Assembly (NCBI RefSeq): GCF_964355755.1
Contig: NC_092670.1
Span: 23,918,795-23,982,794 of the forward strand
DNA: 64,000 nucleotides
Reading direction: 5' to 3'
Origin: Antedon mediterranea
Lineage: Eukaryota; Animalia; Echinodermata
How positions within the stretch are numbered: position 1 is the first letter of the stretch; the number at the start of each line of letters is the position of its first letter. Under the pieces are notes generated by a model. That model was not told the origin of the DNA. It did not search any database and saw only the letters and a list, made by a program, of their open reading frames with translations. Below, one piece after another: positions 14,001 to 24,600 of the stretch. The translations under genes were made by a program, and so were the position numbers.

Positions 14001-14010
14001 GAGATGTTAG
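1733..14010 (+). CDS. FOXRED2: FOXRED2-like FAD-dependent oxidoreductase, tandem copy A (10 coding exons: 1733-2091, 4772-4957, 7255-7506, 7692-7979, 8627-8787, 9727-9892, 10525-10649, 11324-11434, 11584-11689, 13800-14010; ~654 aa)
   Basis: All junctions are GT-AG and splice into one 1965-nt frame. N-terminal hydrophobic signal peptide, FAD motif [29 protein letters not shown], second Rossmann motif [32 protein letters not shown] and [10 protein letters not shown] are characteristic of FOXRED2. Start could be ATG 1733 or 1751. Confidence 0.9.
2551..2902. mobile_element. Degenerate MITE, probably Tc1/mariner-type
   Basis: Imperfect inverted ends (ccgtat...atttgagtaaacgccc / gggtgtttattcaaatgtatgg) with internal repeats of the aaacgcccc motif. 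Confidence 0.45.
3688..4457 (-). mobile_element. Penelope-like element relic with inverted pLTR ends
   Basis: 3688-3779 is an imperfect reverse complement of 4366-4457; the left arm continues into a hammerhead core on the minus strand. Confidence 0.65.
3793..3835 (-). ncRNA. Minimal type I hammerhead ribozyme (Penelope-type)
   Basis: Minus strand reads tttgca-CTGATGA-a-GGGC-tagtgtt-GTCC-GAAA-GC-TC-tgctaa: both core boxes, stem II, palindromic AGCT stem III, CUC cleavage triplet, gca/tgc stem I. Confidence 0.75.
4772..4957 (+). CDS. FOXRED2: FOXRED2-like copy A exon 2
   Basis: tttcag acceptor, [11 protein letters not shown]...KTYSC, donor GTAAGT; 186 nt as in copy B. Confidence 0.9.
5423..5542. 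mobile_element. MITE family AAGCTCTGTCTACAC (copy 1; others at 14177-14574 and 23565-23636)
   Basis: Shared terminus aaagctctgtctacactatcaaact and inverted right end gagctt. Confidence 0.65.
7255..7506 (+). CDS. FOXRED2: FOXRED2-like copy A exon 3 (NAD(P)H-binding GRGNSA)
   Basis: tttttag acceptor, VMIMGTG...HYVGDLR, donor GTTTGT; 252 nt. Confidence 0.9.
7692..7979 (+). CDS. FOXRED2: FOXRED2-like copy A exon 4
   Basis: [17 protein letters not shown]...IRCLGF, donor GTAAGT; 288 nt. Confidence 0.9.
8123..8504. mobile_element. MITE with ~80-bp imperfect TIRs, followed by a ~46-bp tandem duplication of its right junction (to ~8565)
   Basis: atagagttctgcggtg...aaccaaaaatgcgttcaac vs gttgaacgcatttttggtt...caccacaaaactctat. 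Confidence 0.75.
8627..8787 (+). CDS. FOXRED2: FOXRED2-like copy A exon 5 (absent from ORF track)
   Basis: [15 protein letters not shown]...[13 protein letters not shown], donor GTAAAT; 161 nt. Confidence 0.88.
8861..9299 (+). mobile_element. 5'-truncated Penelope-like retroelement: GIY-YIG C-terminal remnant between 164-bp inverted pLTRs
   Basis: 8861-9024 and 9136-9299 are reverse complements with one mismatch. The spacer encodes [10 protein letters not shown]...[18 protein letters not shown], typical of the end of Penelope GIY-YIG endonucleases. Confidence 0.85.
9210..9248 (+). ncRNA. Variant minimal hammerhead-like motif in Penelope pLTR
   Basis: cag-TTGAGAAT-GAAACC-tgata-GGTTTC-GAAA-CG-TA-ctg: stem I cag/ctg, 6-bp stem II, palindromic ACGT stem III, GUA triplet; first box deviates from CUGANGA. 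Confidence 0.55.
9727..9892 (+). CDS. FOXRED2: FOXRED2-like copy A exon 6
   Basis: [13 protein letters not shown]...EASGIYQMF, donor GTAAGT; 166 nt. Confidence 0.9.
9937..10067. mobile_element. hAT-type MITE
   Basis: Perfect 13-bp TIR CAGTGGCGTAATG/CATTACGCCACTG; 8-bp flanks cacatata/cacatcca. Confidence 0.75.
10525..10649 (+). CDS. FOXRED2: FOXRED2-like copy A exon 7 (absent from ORF track)
   Basis: [11 protein letters not shown]...MEYGKDYS, donor GTAAGG; 125 nt. Confidence 0.88.
11324..11434 (+). CDS. FOXRED2: FOXRED2-like copy A exon 8
   Basis: GPGNDVF...[16 protein letters not shown]; 111 nt. Confidence 0.88.
11584..11689 (+). CDS. FOXRED2: FOXRED2-like copy A exon 9
   Basis: [22 protein letters not shown]; 106 nt. 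Confidence 0.88.
12356..12659. mobile_element. PIF/Harbinger-like MITE
   Basis: Imperfect TIR gggtatgttcaga / tctgaacaggccc; more GC-rich interior than flanks. Confidence 0.5.
13131..13754. mobile_element. Non-autonomous DNA transposon with TTAA target duplication (Kolobok-like)
   Basis: ttaa|agcccccttccct ... agggaaggggtct|ttaa; TTAA TSD with AG..CT termini fits Kolobok rather than piggyBac (CC..GG). Confidence 0.7.
13800..14010 (+). CDS. FOXRED2: FOXRED2-like copy A last coding exon
   Basis: [13 protein letters not shown]...CGDEMRC-stop; 211 nt. Confidence 0.88.
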
Positions 14011-14176
14011 AGTGTTGTCTACTTTGTGTTACAACTTAAAATAGTCTTTTGCTTGGGGTGTCTTAGCTACAGAAATTGATTGTATTGTTTATCCTATGTG
14101 CATTTCAAATTGAATGACCTTGTATCTAGTAATTAACACTGTATAGCAAGGTGTAAGGTCATTGATAGAAATCCTG

Positions 14177-14574
14177 AAGCTCTGTCTACACTATCAAACT
14201 AGTTTCATAAAAAAAGTGTGTTGTACCCTAATATGGTAATGATATGCCCAAATATGGTGGTAGAGATATGACATCATCATCTCCATATATGGACACATCA
14301 CATTTTTTTGTCACATAAAGTTTGATAAACTACGGATTAATAGACGCTTACTATATAACTTTACAATAAAATTTAATGACAAAAAACAAGAAGATCGGCG
14401 TTTCGGAACCATCATGGAATCATTTTCAAGATCAAGTGATCAAATTATACAAAAACAACAAACACCAATGATCACTTAATCTTGAAAATGGTTCCATGAT
14501 GGTTCCGAAATGTTGATCTTCTTGTTTTTTGTCATTAATTTTTATTGTAAAGTTTGAAAGTGTAGACAAAGCTT
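14177..14574. mobile_element. AAGCTCTGTCTACAC MITE interrupted by a Penelope-type palindrome
   Basis: aagctctgtctacact ... agtgtagacaaagctt ends; internal insertion ~14327-14554. Confidence 0.7.
14357..14554 (+). mobile_element. Inverted Penelope-type pLTR pair (86-bp arms, 26-nt spacer)
   Basis: 14357-14442 is an imperfect reverse complement of 14469-14554; arms carry CTTGAAAAT-G..CC-atgat-GG..CC-GAAA hammerhead-like motif followed by a T-rich tail. Confidence 0.65.
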
Positions 14575-15322
14575 ATCTAAAATGCAATGGGCTCTGGCAT
14601 TCAATTTCAAATGCAACCATGATCATATGTATTGTGTTTGTTGATTTAGTCTACCTCAATTTTGTTTGAAAGTAGCACATATTAAATGTAAAGGAAAGTG
14701 TAATATTACTGTATATATTTATAAGGTGCATTTATTTTTAGGATGGACATTTGTGGTTGTGGATTTACAAATATATTTATTTTTATTTTTGCTTAATTCT
14801 ATATTTCATTAAACCTTTGGAGATTAGTTTATGATAGTGGGCAACGTCATACATTTTATTTTTAAATATGGTGTTTTCTACAAGAAATACGGTAAATAAG
14901 ACAATGAGAATATCTACACTTTGCCATTTAATTAAAAGTGTTTTGTAAAATTAATAGATGAGATAATGTCCAAGTAATTTTTGTCATCCAGTTTGTATAC
15001 CATTGATGATAATATATATTTATTATATTTTATTTAAGTTTAATATTGCCAAGGTTTGCCAATTAGTGATTATTTTTTTGTAAATAACAAAAAGAAGAAA
15101 ATATATAAATACATGATTGAAACTTTCTTTATTGCCACAAAATAGTAATTATGTCATTTTATTGGCCCCTGCAACCGTCAATTATATATTGTGTAACAGT
15201 ACTAAAGTTTTCAATAAAATATTATACAAATACATAATATTATAATAGTAATAAAATTAAGTTAAATGGCAGCATTAATTTGTAAAACAATTTTGTATTA
15301 CCAAAATATTATTTACAGTATC

Positions 15323-16020
15323 TTTATATTTGCTATATACTGAATATTATAAACCAACATTAAGAACATACAATAAATGAAAACGCAAGGCGAATTTGTT
15401 CGCGCTAATCGAAAGTGTCAGCTTATACACATGCGTATTCATGTTTCCATCTTCCAAATCCCTCTCTACGAATGCGTATAAACTGACCTTTCGATTCGCC
15501 TAGTGGAAAATCTGCTTTATGTTGTCCTTGTATCAAAATGATCAAAACTGGTATTCAGCTGTACACACTTTTGATGATTTCGGATTTTTATCTCACAATT
15601 ATACACACTAAATAACAGTATTAAATTCTTTCAAAATAATTGGTCTTTAATTAGAGAAATTCTCACTGTAAATAATGTAGAACATTATTATTTATATTTG
15701 CTATATACTGAATATTATAAACCAACATTAAGAACATACAATAAATGAAAACGCAAGGCGAATTTGTTCGCGCTAATCGAAAGTGTCAGCTTATACACAT
15801 GCGTATTCATGTTTCCATCTTCCAAATCCCTCTCTACGAATGCGTATAAACTGACCTTTCGATTCGCCTAGTGGAAAATCTGCTTTATGTTGTCCTTGTA
15901 TCAAAATGATCATTTCGGATTTTTATCTCACAATTATACACACTAAATAACAGTATTAAATTCTTTCAAAATAATTGGTCTTTAATTAGAGAAATTCTCA
16001 CTGTAAATAATGTAGAACAT
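15323..16020. repeat. Two-copy direct tandem duplication, period ~369 bp
   Basis: 15323-15686 recurs at 15692-16020, essentially identical except a ~35-bp deletion in the second copy. Confidence 0.92.
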
Positions 16021-18296
16021 TTATTCAACAATTGTGTATTTATTAAGTGTAGCATTCCGTCACAAAGGTGTCTTCATTGAAAGTTTCAATGGTAAACAGT
16101 TTTCTATATTCTGCAATACAAAATAAAACAACAAGCAAATATTTAAGATAATGTATCGGAAATGCTTGATAGGAGATCGTTAAATATTTGTTATTATATT
16201 TGTTATATGAAAAGTAAAACAAAATCTCATTGAGTTTGCATTGTGCCATTAAAATCATTAAGAACTTTTTAAGATGAGGCTTCGATTTTGAATTGGCATG
16301 CAAATATACATTCAAATCTACGGGACGACAACTACGAAATTATCGATTATACGTTCAAAAGGATGCAAGTTGTACAGTAGTATTATTATGAGATACAAGT
16401 AAGGGTATCCATCCTTTTGTATAGTAACCTTGTAAACCTTGCCATTTTCAATAATAACAACATGATAACGGTATCCGAATCGGTCATGCGTTTGACCATT
16501 GTTTTATTAACCAAACCTGTCGGCTTCAGTTCAGTCCTACTCAATACTTCCATCAAGTAGGAGGTAAGTGCACATTCATGATATGCCTAATCCTTTTGTC
16601 AGTGCAAATGCTATATTTTGTGAAACAAGTTGAACTGAGATAGACTAGTTAATTGTGGAGATAGTGTAGTAGATTCACCAATTAAAAGTTTAAGTACCTT
16701 CTTTTATTGATCTGTTTATTATTAAGTCGTTTAAGCAAACCTTTGAACACAACAACATTGACCATACATTTTTTTTAGTGGTGAAGACTAAGTAGAAAAG
16801 AGTGAGCTGAAAAATAATTTATTATCAATGTTGTTGCATATAATTTTTCATTAAATTTATTTCGTTATTTCATCAAATACTGTTTATTATATTTTATTTT
16901 TAGCCTATAATCAACAAAAATAAATTATACCCGGAGCTAACCTTTAACTGAAAATCAAAAGACTGCTTCAATGAAAGGGGGTGTGCCGACGAGAAATTTG
17001 AACCAATCTAATTAAAGATTGATTGATAATTTAAGTTTTAGCATGTTGAAACAGCTATCACAATCGGAGCACTGGGTTAAAAGATTTAAGAACATGTTAC
17101 CAACATGTATATGCTTTAACATAGGACGATTAGGGAGGTCAAGTACCTGATCTTACTTTAAACTTACGTTACGTTAATGGCATTGTAGGTAATACTTAGG
17201 CACAACAATACCGAAACGTCTATAAAAATCGGTCATTAGTGGCACAGTACATGCAAGCGAAATCGGACATAAGTCGCATTTTGTAGATTTTTAGAGACAG
17301 CCAAAAACAATGAAAGGCTAAAAAAAAAGAGAAAAAAAATGGCCAGGGGGAATATAATTTCATTCACAATTAACAACATCTGCATATCATTCACATTTCA
17401 TATCTCATGGCCGTTCAGGAGGCGAAGAGCAATTTAAATCGAAAAAGGTTTTATACTAAAAAAAATCAGGAAAAAATGAACATCTTTTAGTTCACTATTC
17501 TAGACCGTGCTTCTATAGGTTCTTCGGCATACTCCCCTTGTCACTATAGCCTACTTTTTACACCCTTTATTTAGGGGAATTTCTGGAAGTGAATAAAAAA
17601 TACGCAATTAACCACGGCTGAAGTGCAGACGTGAGCTGTGGTTTTGTTGCAGTGCACTTAATCTATTTGATTTTGAAAGTGCAATTTCCAGAGACCTATA
17701 ATATAGCAGCTCAATTTTCAAAATCTTCTTACCTGGTCTTCAATCATGTTATGGCTATAGGTCCTGAAGAAAATATTTCGTTTCATATTTCAATGTGTAA
17801 GTGCAATTTTTGATTAGAACATGCAGCTATATTAACAAAAATTCAGCTCTTTAGTTGAGTTCCGGTGGATTTTCGTTAAGATATGTCGTATTTTTATATA
17901 GGCATATAGCGATTTTTTTTGTTTGTGTGTATTTGCCTTTTTTATTTGAACTTATTTATGCAATTGATTTTGTAACTATGGACCTCCGTTTCCGAATTAC
18001 ACCGGGTCATAAACTAGTGACCGATCAATACATTATTATAACAGATGTAGATTATATTCTTTCAGTGACACCGATTCCATATTCAAAATAACAAATACTT
18101 TCATCAAGATCTGATCAAAGGTTGAAGCTGAGAAAACATATGAAAAGAGATAGCGTGATACTTGTTGGTCAAACTCTGGTTGGTTCGAGACTTTATCCCA
18201 TTTCTATAAATAACCAACTAAATTATCGGTTGTTTTGTCTGTTTAGAAACTAAAAATCATTTACATATATTGTTGCATACTAACGAGGTCATCAAG

Positions 18297-18622
18297 ATGA
18301 ATTTATATCAAGAAGTATTTTTTATTTTGGTAATAATTCAAGCCAAATGTGTATTATCCAGTGATGAACATGTTAACCACCAGTATTGTATCGTGGGTGC
18401 TGGGCCAAGCGGACTACAGATGGGATATTTTTTAGAAAGATCTAATCGTGATTATATGATATTTGAGCAGAATAATGTCAGCGGATCATTTTATGTGAAG
18501 TATCCAAGACATCGTAAACTTATTAGTATTAATAAACGACATACTGGACAGACAAACAAAGAGTTTAACTTTCGTCATGACTGGAACTCGTTGATTAGCG
18601 ATGATGAATCTCTTCAGATGAG
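18297..18622 (+). CDS. FOXRED2: FOXRED2-like copy B coding exon 1
   Basis: [21 protein letters not shown] signal peptide, IVGAGPSG; donor GTAGGT. Confidence 0.9.
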
Positions 18623-21600
18623 GTAGGTATATATATATATTTACATGTTCAGTAGCAGCAGATGCAATGACTTAAACCAATCAATGTACTGTATGTTTTC
18701 CTCGATCCATGAGACAAACATCTGATCTTGTGGAAATGTTGCATATACTTTGTATATAAATAACTTATAGTTATAGTAAATTCTTATAGTGCATAAACAA
18801 TGAATCTCCAGTACTGTATTTTAGGACAACTTTAGAACAAGAATCAATTTAAAAAATATAATTTTTGCCTAATGGTATACTGCTACGCATTTTAAAGAAA
18901 AAGTTAACATAAAACAGCCTTTGTCGTATTGTTGAAATCGGTTTATGGAAGGCAAAGCGATCGCTACCCAGTTGGCAAAGTAGACCTAACTATTTCCAAC
19001 CCAATCTTATTTAAATAGTTCTCTATCAATTTCAATCCGACAATGTGCTACTCTTTTAATAACCGGCTGGAGACTTTTCCAACAAGCTCATTTTTCATCT
19101 CTATCCACGCATTTCCATTTTCACCAAATACTCAATTAAGATATTTACTGTATATTTTATTTCAGATATTATTCCAAAGATTTCTTTCCCCAAGCTGATA
19201 TTTTTGTGAAGTACTTAAATGATTATGCAACCAAGCTCCAGCTCAATATCCAATACAATACAAGAATACGTAACATTAGAAAGAAGACAATAAGTGAAGG
19301 CCTAGATGTATTCTTAATGGACGATCAGAATGGAAAAACATACTCTTGTCAGTAAGTTATATGCACAGGCTGGTGCACACGAAGACGGAGCGCATTTTTT
19401 ACGCTACGAACGATTACAATGTGAACAACGTTACGTGTAATGATATCAGTTTTAAACTACTAGATAATAACACGGTATTTGCAACTCCAGAAAACTCAGT
19501 TATAACTAAAATAAATTTGCAGCTTTAATACTTTTGGTGAACCATTTTTTAATCTTATAATTATATTTTGTAGGGTAATGATAATGGGAACGGGGATAGG
19601 AACTCCGAATAAACCATATTTCGCTGGCATGGAACATACCGATTCATACGAAGACATGTCGATAAATACAGATGATTTCGAAGGAAAATCAGTGATGATC
19701 TTGGGAAGAGGAAACTCTGCATTTGAAACTGCTGATCATATAGTAGCTTCGACAAACGTGATCCATATGATGGCAAGATCACGGATTAAACTTGCATGGG
19801 AAACCCATTATGTTGGGGATTTGAGGTTTGTTTTTACTTCTTTTATCTTACCATGGAAGGATCTCACCCAGACACATATTGAAAATTATCTAAAGTACCA
19901 CTTGCTTTTGTAATGTCGATTTTAGCAGCAGTGGATAAGTTAATATAATAACAATTGACAGACAAATAATACAACAAAGTTTGACGATATTGTAAATTAT
20001 AATAATGAGATTGATCTTTTTAAACAATCTACTTATACTTCGCCTTTGCGTAAGTATTATTTGAAATGGATATTAAATATTGATATATCCCAGTGAGATT
20101 CTGTTTCATTTCCAATGGGATTTTAGAATAATTCACTACTACTTTTTAATACTTTTTGTCAGAGCTGTAAATAATGGATTGTTAGACACCTATCAACTAA
20201 AATCTCTTGATGGCGTTCTGGAAGCAAGCATGGCAGAGGTTGTTGTAATGAAAAACGAGGAAAATGGAAAGCTAGGGATTGTAAGAAAAGAGCAATTGGG
20301 TGTTGAGATTGACTCAAACTACACGACTGTAAACCACACTGTGTTTCACAAACTGATAGAACAAATAGATGATAATTATTCTCTGAGACAAGAATATGAT
20401 TACGTAATACGTTGTCTTGGTTTTTTGTATGATTTTAACGTTTTTAATTCGTAAGTTACTAAATTGTTTCAATAAATAAATTAATTGCAAATACATATAG
20501 ATCTAAAATGTATATTATGTTTACTCGCTCACAACTTTTAAGGACACATTTTAGTATAACAAAAAATTGAATTTTTTTTTTGGATATTTGAACTTTTGAG
20601 TATTGAGTAAATGTAAACTTGTTGTATAATATAGAACTTTCAGTCCGGAACCAACAGCCAACGGAAAATATCCTACTATCAATGCAGCATATGAAGTAAA
20701 GAATGTAGCTGACATGTTTGTGATAGGGACGTCGTCACATAGCCTGGATTTTAAGAAATCAGCTGGGGGATTTATACATGGCTTCCGTTATTCTGGTAAA
20801 GCTGTTATTTTACTAGGCCTACGTAGTGTAGAAATATTTTCCGTAATATAAATCAATAAACAGTAGAACATGGATAAAGTAAAACTATCTGTTAAACCAT
20901 GGAAGAGTGAAATTACTGCATTTTGACTCTTCCCCTGTTAAACTAATGTATTCCCAGCTTATCTCCGTTATAAAGGTTCAATAATTGCCTATTATTTGTA
21001 TAATTCTTTTTTTTTTCATTCAGCTCGAGCATTGCATCATCTTTTAGAATACCGCTACCACAACATTCCTTGGCCGTCTACCTTTCATCCAATCAGTGAA
21101 CTGATCAACAACATTATCAAACGGGCCAATGAAGCTTCTGGAATCTACCAAATGTTTACCCAACTTGGAGATGTCATCATTCTTCACGAGTAAGTGAAAG
21201 CTCCACGAAAATCTATAAAGGCCTTTTCACACAGAACTTCGGCAATATTGCGGTAAGCAAGCCGGCGTTATTGCCGGTCTAAACCCATTCACACAGAAGG
21301 TAATATTACGGTAATTTTACCGTCTTCTGTGTGAAAGGCCACAGTGGAAAGGCGCAATATTTAAAGATTACTGTCTTCATAAAATAGAGGTCGCACTTTT
21401 TGAGGAGAAAAAAAATGGCGGGCACCTGCCGCCGGCGACAACATGCCATGCGCGTACTTGTTTGCTGATGTTGTTTTGTGTGTCCGTCGTTTAGTTTTTT
21501 TATTTACGATGCATAAAATTTATATTTTTGCCCAACGCCACTCCGTGCTAATAACTGCCCGATCGTGATGGCCATTCTACAGAAACAAAATCTATTAGGC

Positions 21601-24600
21601 CTACACGCGAATTTAATTATCAGAAGCTGTTATGAGCTAGCACCGGGAGCGCGCACCGGAGGATGTTCCTGCTAGAACTATGCTAACTAGGGCCTAGGCT
21701 TACGTACGCTACAGCAAGTTAAATAATCTTTGGACCAACATCTGTTATATTTTTATTATTATTGGCCGTATTCTTCCATTGTATTATTTACAAACTAACC
21801 TAAAAATATATATATATATAATGGATATAATCTAATAATTTGGCCTAAAGTAATTGCCACAGTCTTTCTCAATCAAGGAAAATGTCCCGAATTTATCCTT
21901 GCTTCACTGCGTAAGCAGGCGTTATATCGTGGACTCTTCACACAGATCAGGCTTACGACCGTGACGGTAATATTACCGCAATTTTACTAGGTCCAGAGGC
22001 GGTCTAACGGAAGCCGGCATTAAGGGGTTTTTACCCTTTCACACATAAGCCGGCATTCGCGAATTACCGCAATATTACCGTCTTACAGCTCTGTGTGAAA
22101 GGGGCTTAAGTTTCACATCTTTTACCAATGGCTGCTTGAACAGCCAGTCAATTATGCCGTTTGAAGCACCTCTTTCGTTTTATACCAGGCACAGCTTCGT
22201 GTTGGCCTAGTTCACCCATTAGTTTTGATTAAATTAAACTCTATAGACTATACACACTCATATTTCTATTAGTCTAGTTGAATTTCCTTATTTAGACCAG
22301 TTCCATTTTCCATGAATTCATTTCTAATGAAAATGAACACTGAATTATTTAGAAGTTGATCAATTAAAATTTTTGGATTTCACTTAAAAAATGATTATTC
22401 AAGGATTGAACATCGCCACATTAGGCTACTTGTACAAGTTTACTCTAGGCCCATGGTAATAGTTATTATCAAAATTAAAGGTGCTGTATAAGTTTGATTT
22501 TGACGTTGTACTTGGGATTGTACTTTTGCACCCATTGTTCACCAGTTCCCCCTTAATATTGTGGGCTATTTCGTATTTTCAGGAATGGCCTTTATGATTA
22601 TCTAGAAGAGTTTCCTCTGCAGCTTCTTCACAAACTTCCAGAAGTTAGTGGCAGGAATGCTTCAAAAGTTATTGTGCTGTCAATGGAGTATGGAAAGGAT
22701 TACTCTGGTAAGGTCTTGACGGCATGGCTTGAACAGCAAGACACAGTGTTTTTTTGGAGATTAATTCAGATAGTCTGTCAGGTGGTGTTTTCTACTGTGT
22801 ATACATACGTCTAAATGTATATTGAGAAACTGTGCATTATAGTAATAATAATGTTGTACTAATACGGTATTAGCAGAAAACTTGTTTCTCATGCACACTA
22901 TGGTGTGTTTTTTAATTTTTGTTTTAAATACTAGGTCCAGGAAAAGATGTCTTTAAACCCGAGAGATCAACTGGAGACCCCGCCAATGCTCACCAGTCTA
23001 ACTTTCTGCATCCAGTGTTATATTATTACCAGTCATTGCCAACAGGTCAGCAGGCCTTTGCCAAATTTGGCTTTTATTAATTCATGTATAGTATTCATAG
23101 AATAGACCTAGGTCTATTTGACTAATACACATGCATATATGCATACACAGGCCCTACAATTTATCTTTAATCTTAGAAATGAAAAAAATGAAGCTGGTTG
23201 AACATTTAAAATAATTTAATAGCGCCATCTATAATATAGCACTTGCAAAGAATTATTTTTCTGTTAGGCACCCTCATCCGATTTCCATAATAGTGACACT
23301 GTAAAAAGAATATTTTCAAATTATTTATATCCATTTTAAATTATTATTAAAAGTGTCATCAAGTCTAAAATTTAAATTCGTTCCTAGTGATGCCCTTGAC
23401 ATTTTTAAATCATTTTGAATTATGTATGAGTATATAAATATTATACGGTGTGTATTTATTATCTTTAATTTGTCTTTATGACAGCGGATATGACTAGCAC
23501 ATTGTCTGCTCTACTTAGCAGTTTAAAAATATTTTATTTGGTAACCTGTGTTTAAATAATATTTAAAGCTCTGTCTACATATTTGGGCGCATCACACTTC
23601 TTTGTAAAACTAGGTTGATAGTGTTGACAGAGCTTTACAAACAGAAATTAATATTATAGTGAAAATATTTAACTATACAAATATACTATGCCAATTCTTT
23701 TAAAATACAGTAAGATTTTGTAATAACTTTTATTAAAACTACAAAATGGCCTATACAAAGTTTGATTTTAAATTGTCATGTTTTTAATACAATACATCAA
23801 GTATTTTTATCTAGGTTTTGCTAGTTACTCTTGGAAGAACTAAACCGATACAAAAGTGTAACAGTTACTTGCTACAGTCATGGAGGAAAAAAATATTATA
23901 ATAATATTAATATTATTTTTTCCTCCATGCTACAGTTAACAAAATGCTCATGTAAAATATTTAGTCTTGTGCGATTAGCGCTTTATAAATGGCTTAAACA
24001 ATTCTCCAAACATAAACTCAATAGTGGTGATTATTGTTTTATAAAATTGATGTTGAGTTTAGTTTTAAATTTGAACATTAATTATTATGTTGAGCTTTAT
24101 AAATTCTAAACCATTAATTACTGTAATCCACGTTATATGGTATTTCAGCTGAGATTGTGTAAATTAATCTTTTGATTCTGTGCGTGGGCCCAGATCTCGT
24201 ATATTATTCTTGGTAATAAGACCAGATTAAACTTTCAATCAGAAAGTCTGGGGTTTTTGATTTGCACAACTGCATGCACGCTATTCAGTAAGAGATTGCA
24301 AACACACACAGCCCTGGGAAAATGAAACTGAAGATAAATTATAATGTTCTTTCTTGAATAAAAAATCTGTTTGTGTTTTATTCTGTTTTCAGTTGATTGA
24401 ATTTTATTTATTTACTTTTTTTTGTTTATAGAATTTGAAATGATTACGAGAACGGAAAAGCAAGTTCTTCCAACACCTCATCGAATTCACCATATGGTTG
24501 AAGACTTTCTGACAGACTTCTCTGCACCTCAAAGGTATGTCTCTTTCAGTTTTGGTATAACTGTAAGTGTAAGAGAAGGGATGTGAGAGGGAGGGTGAAG

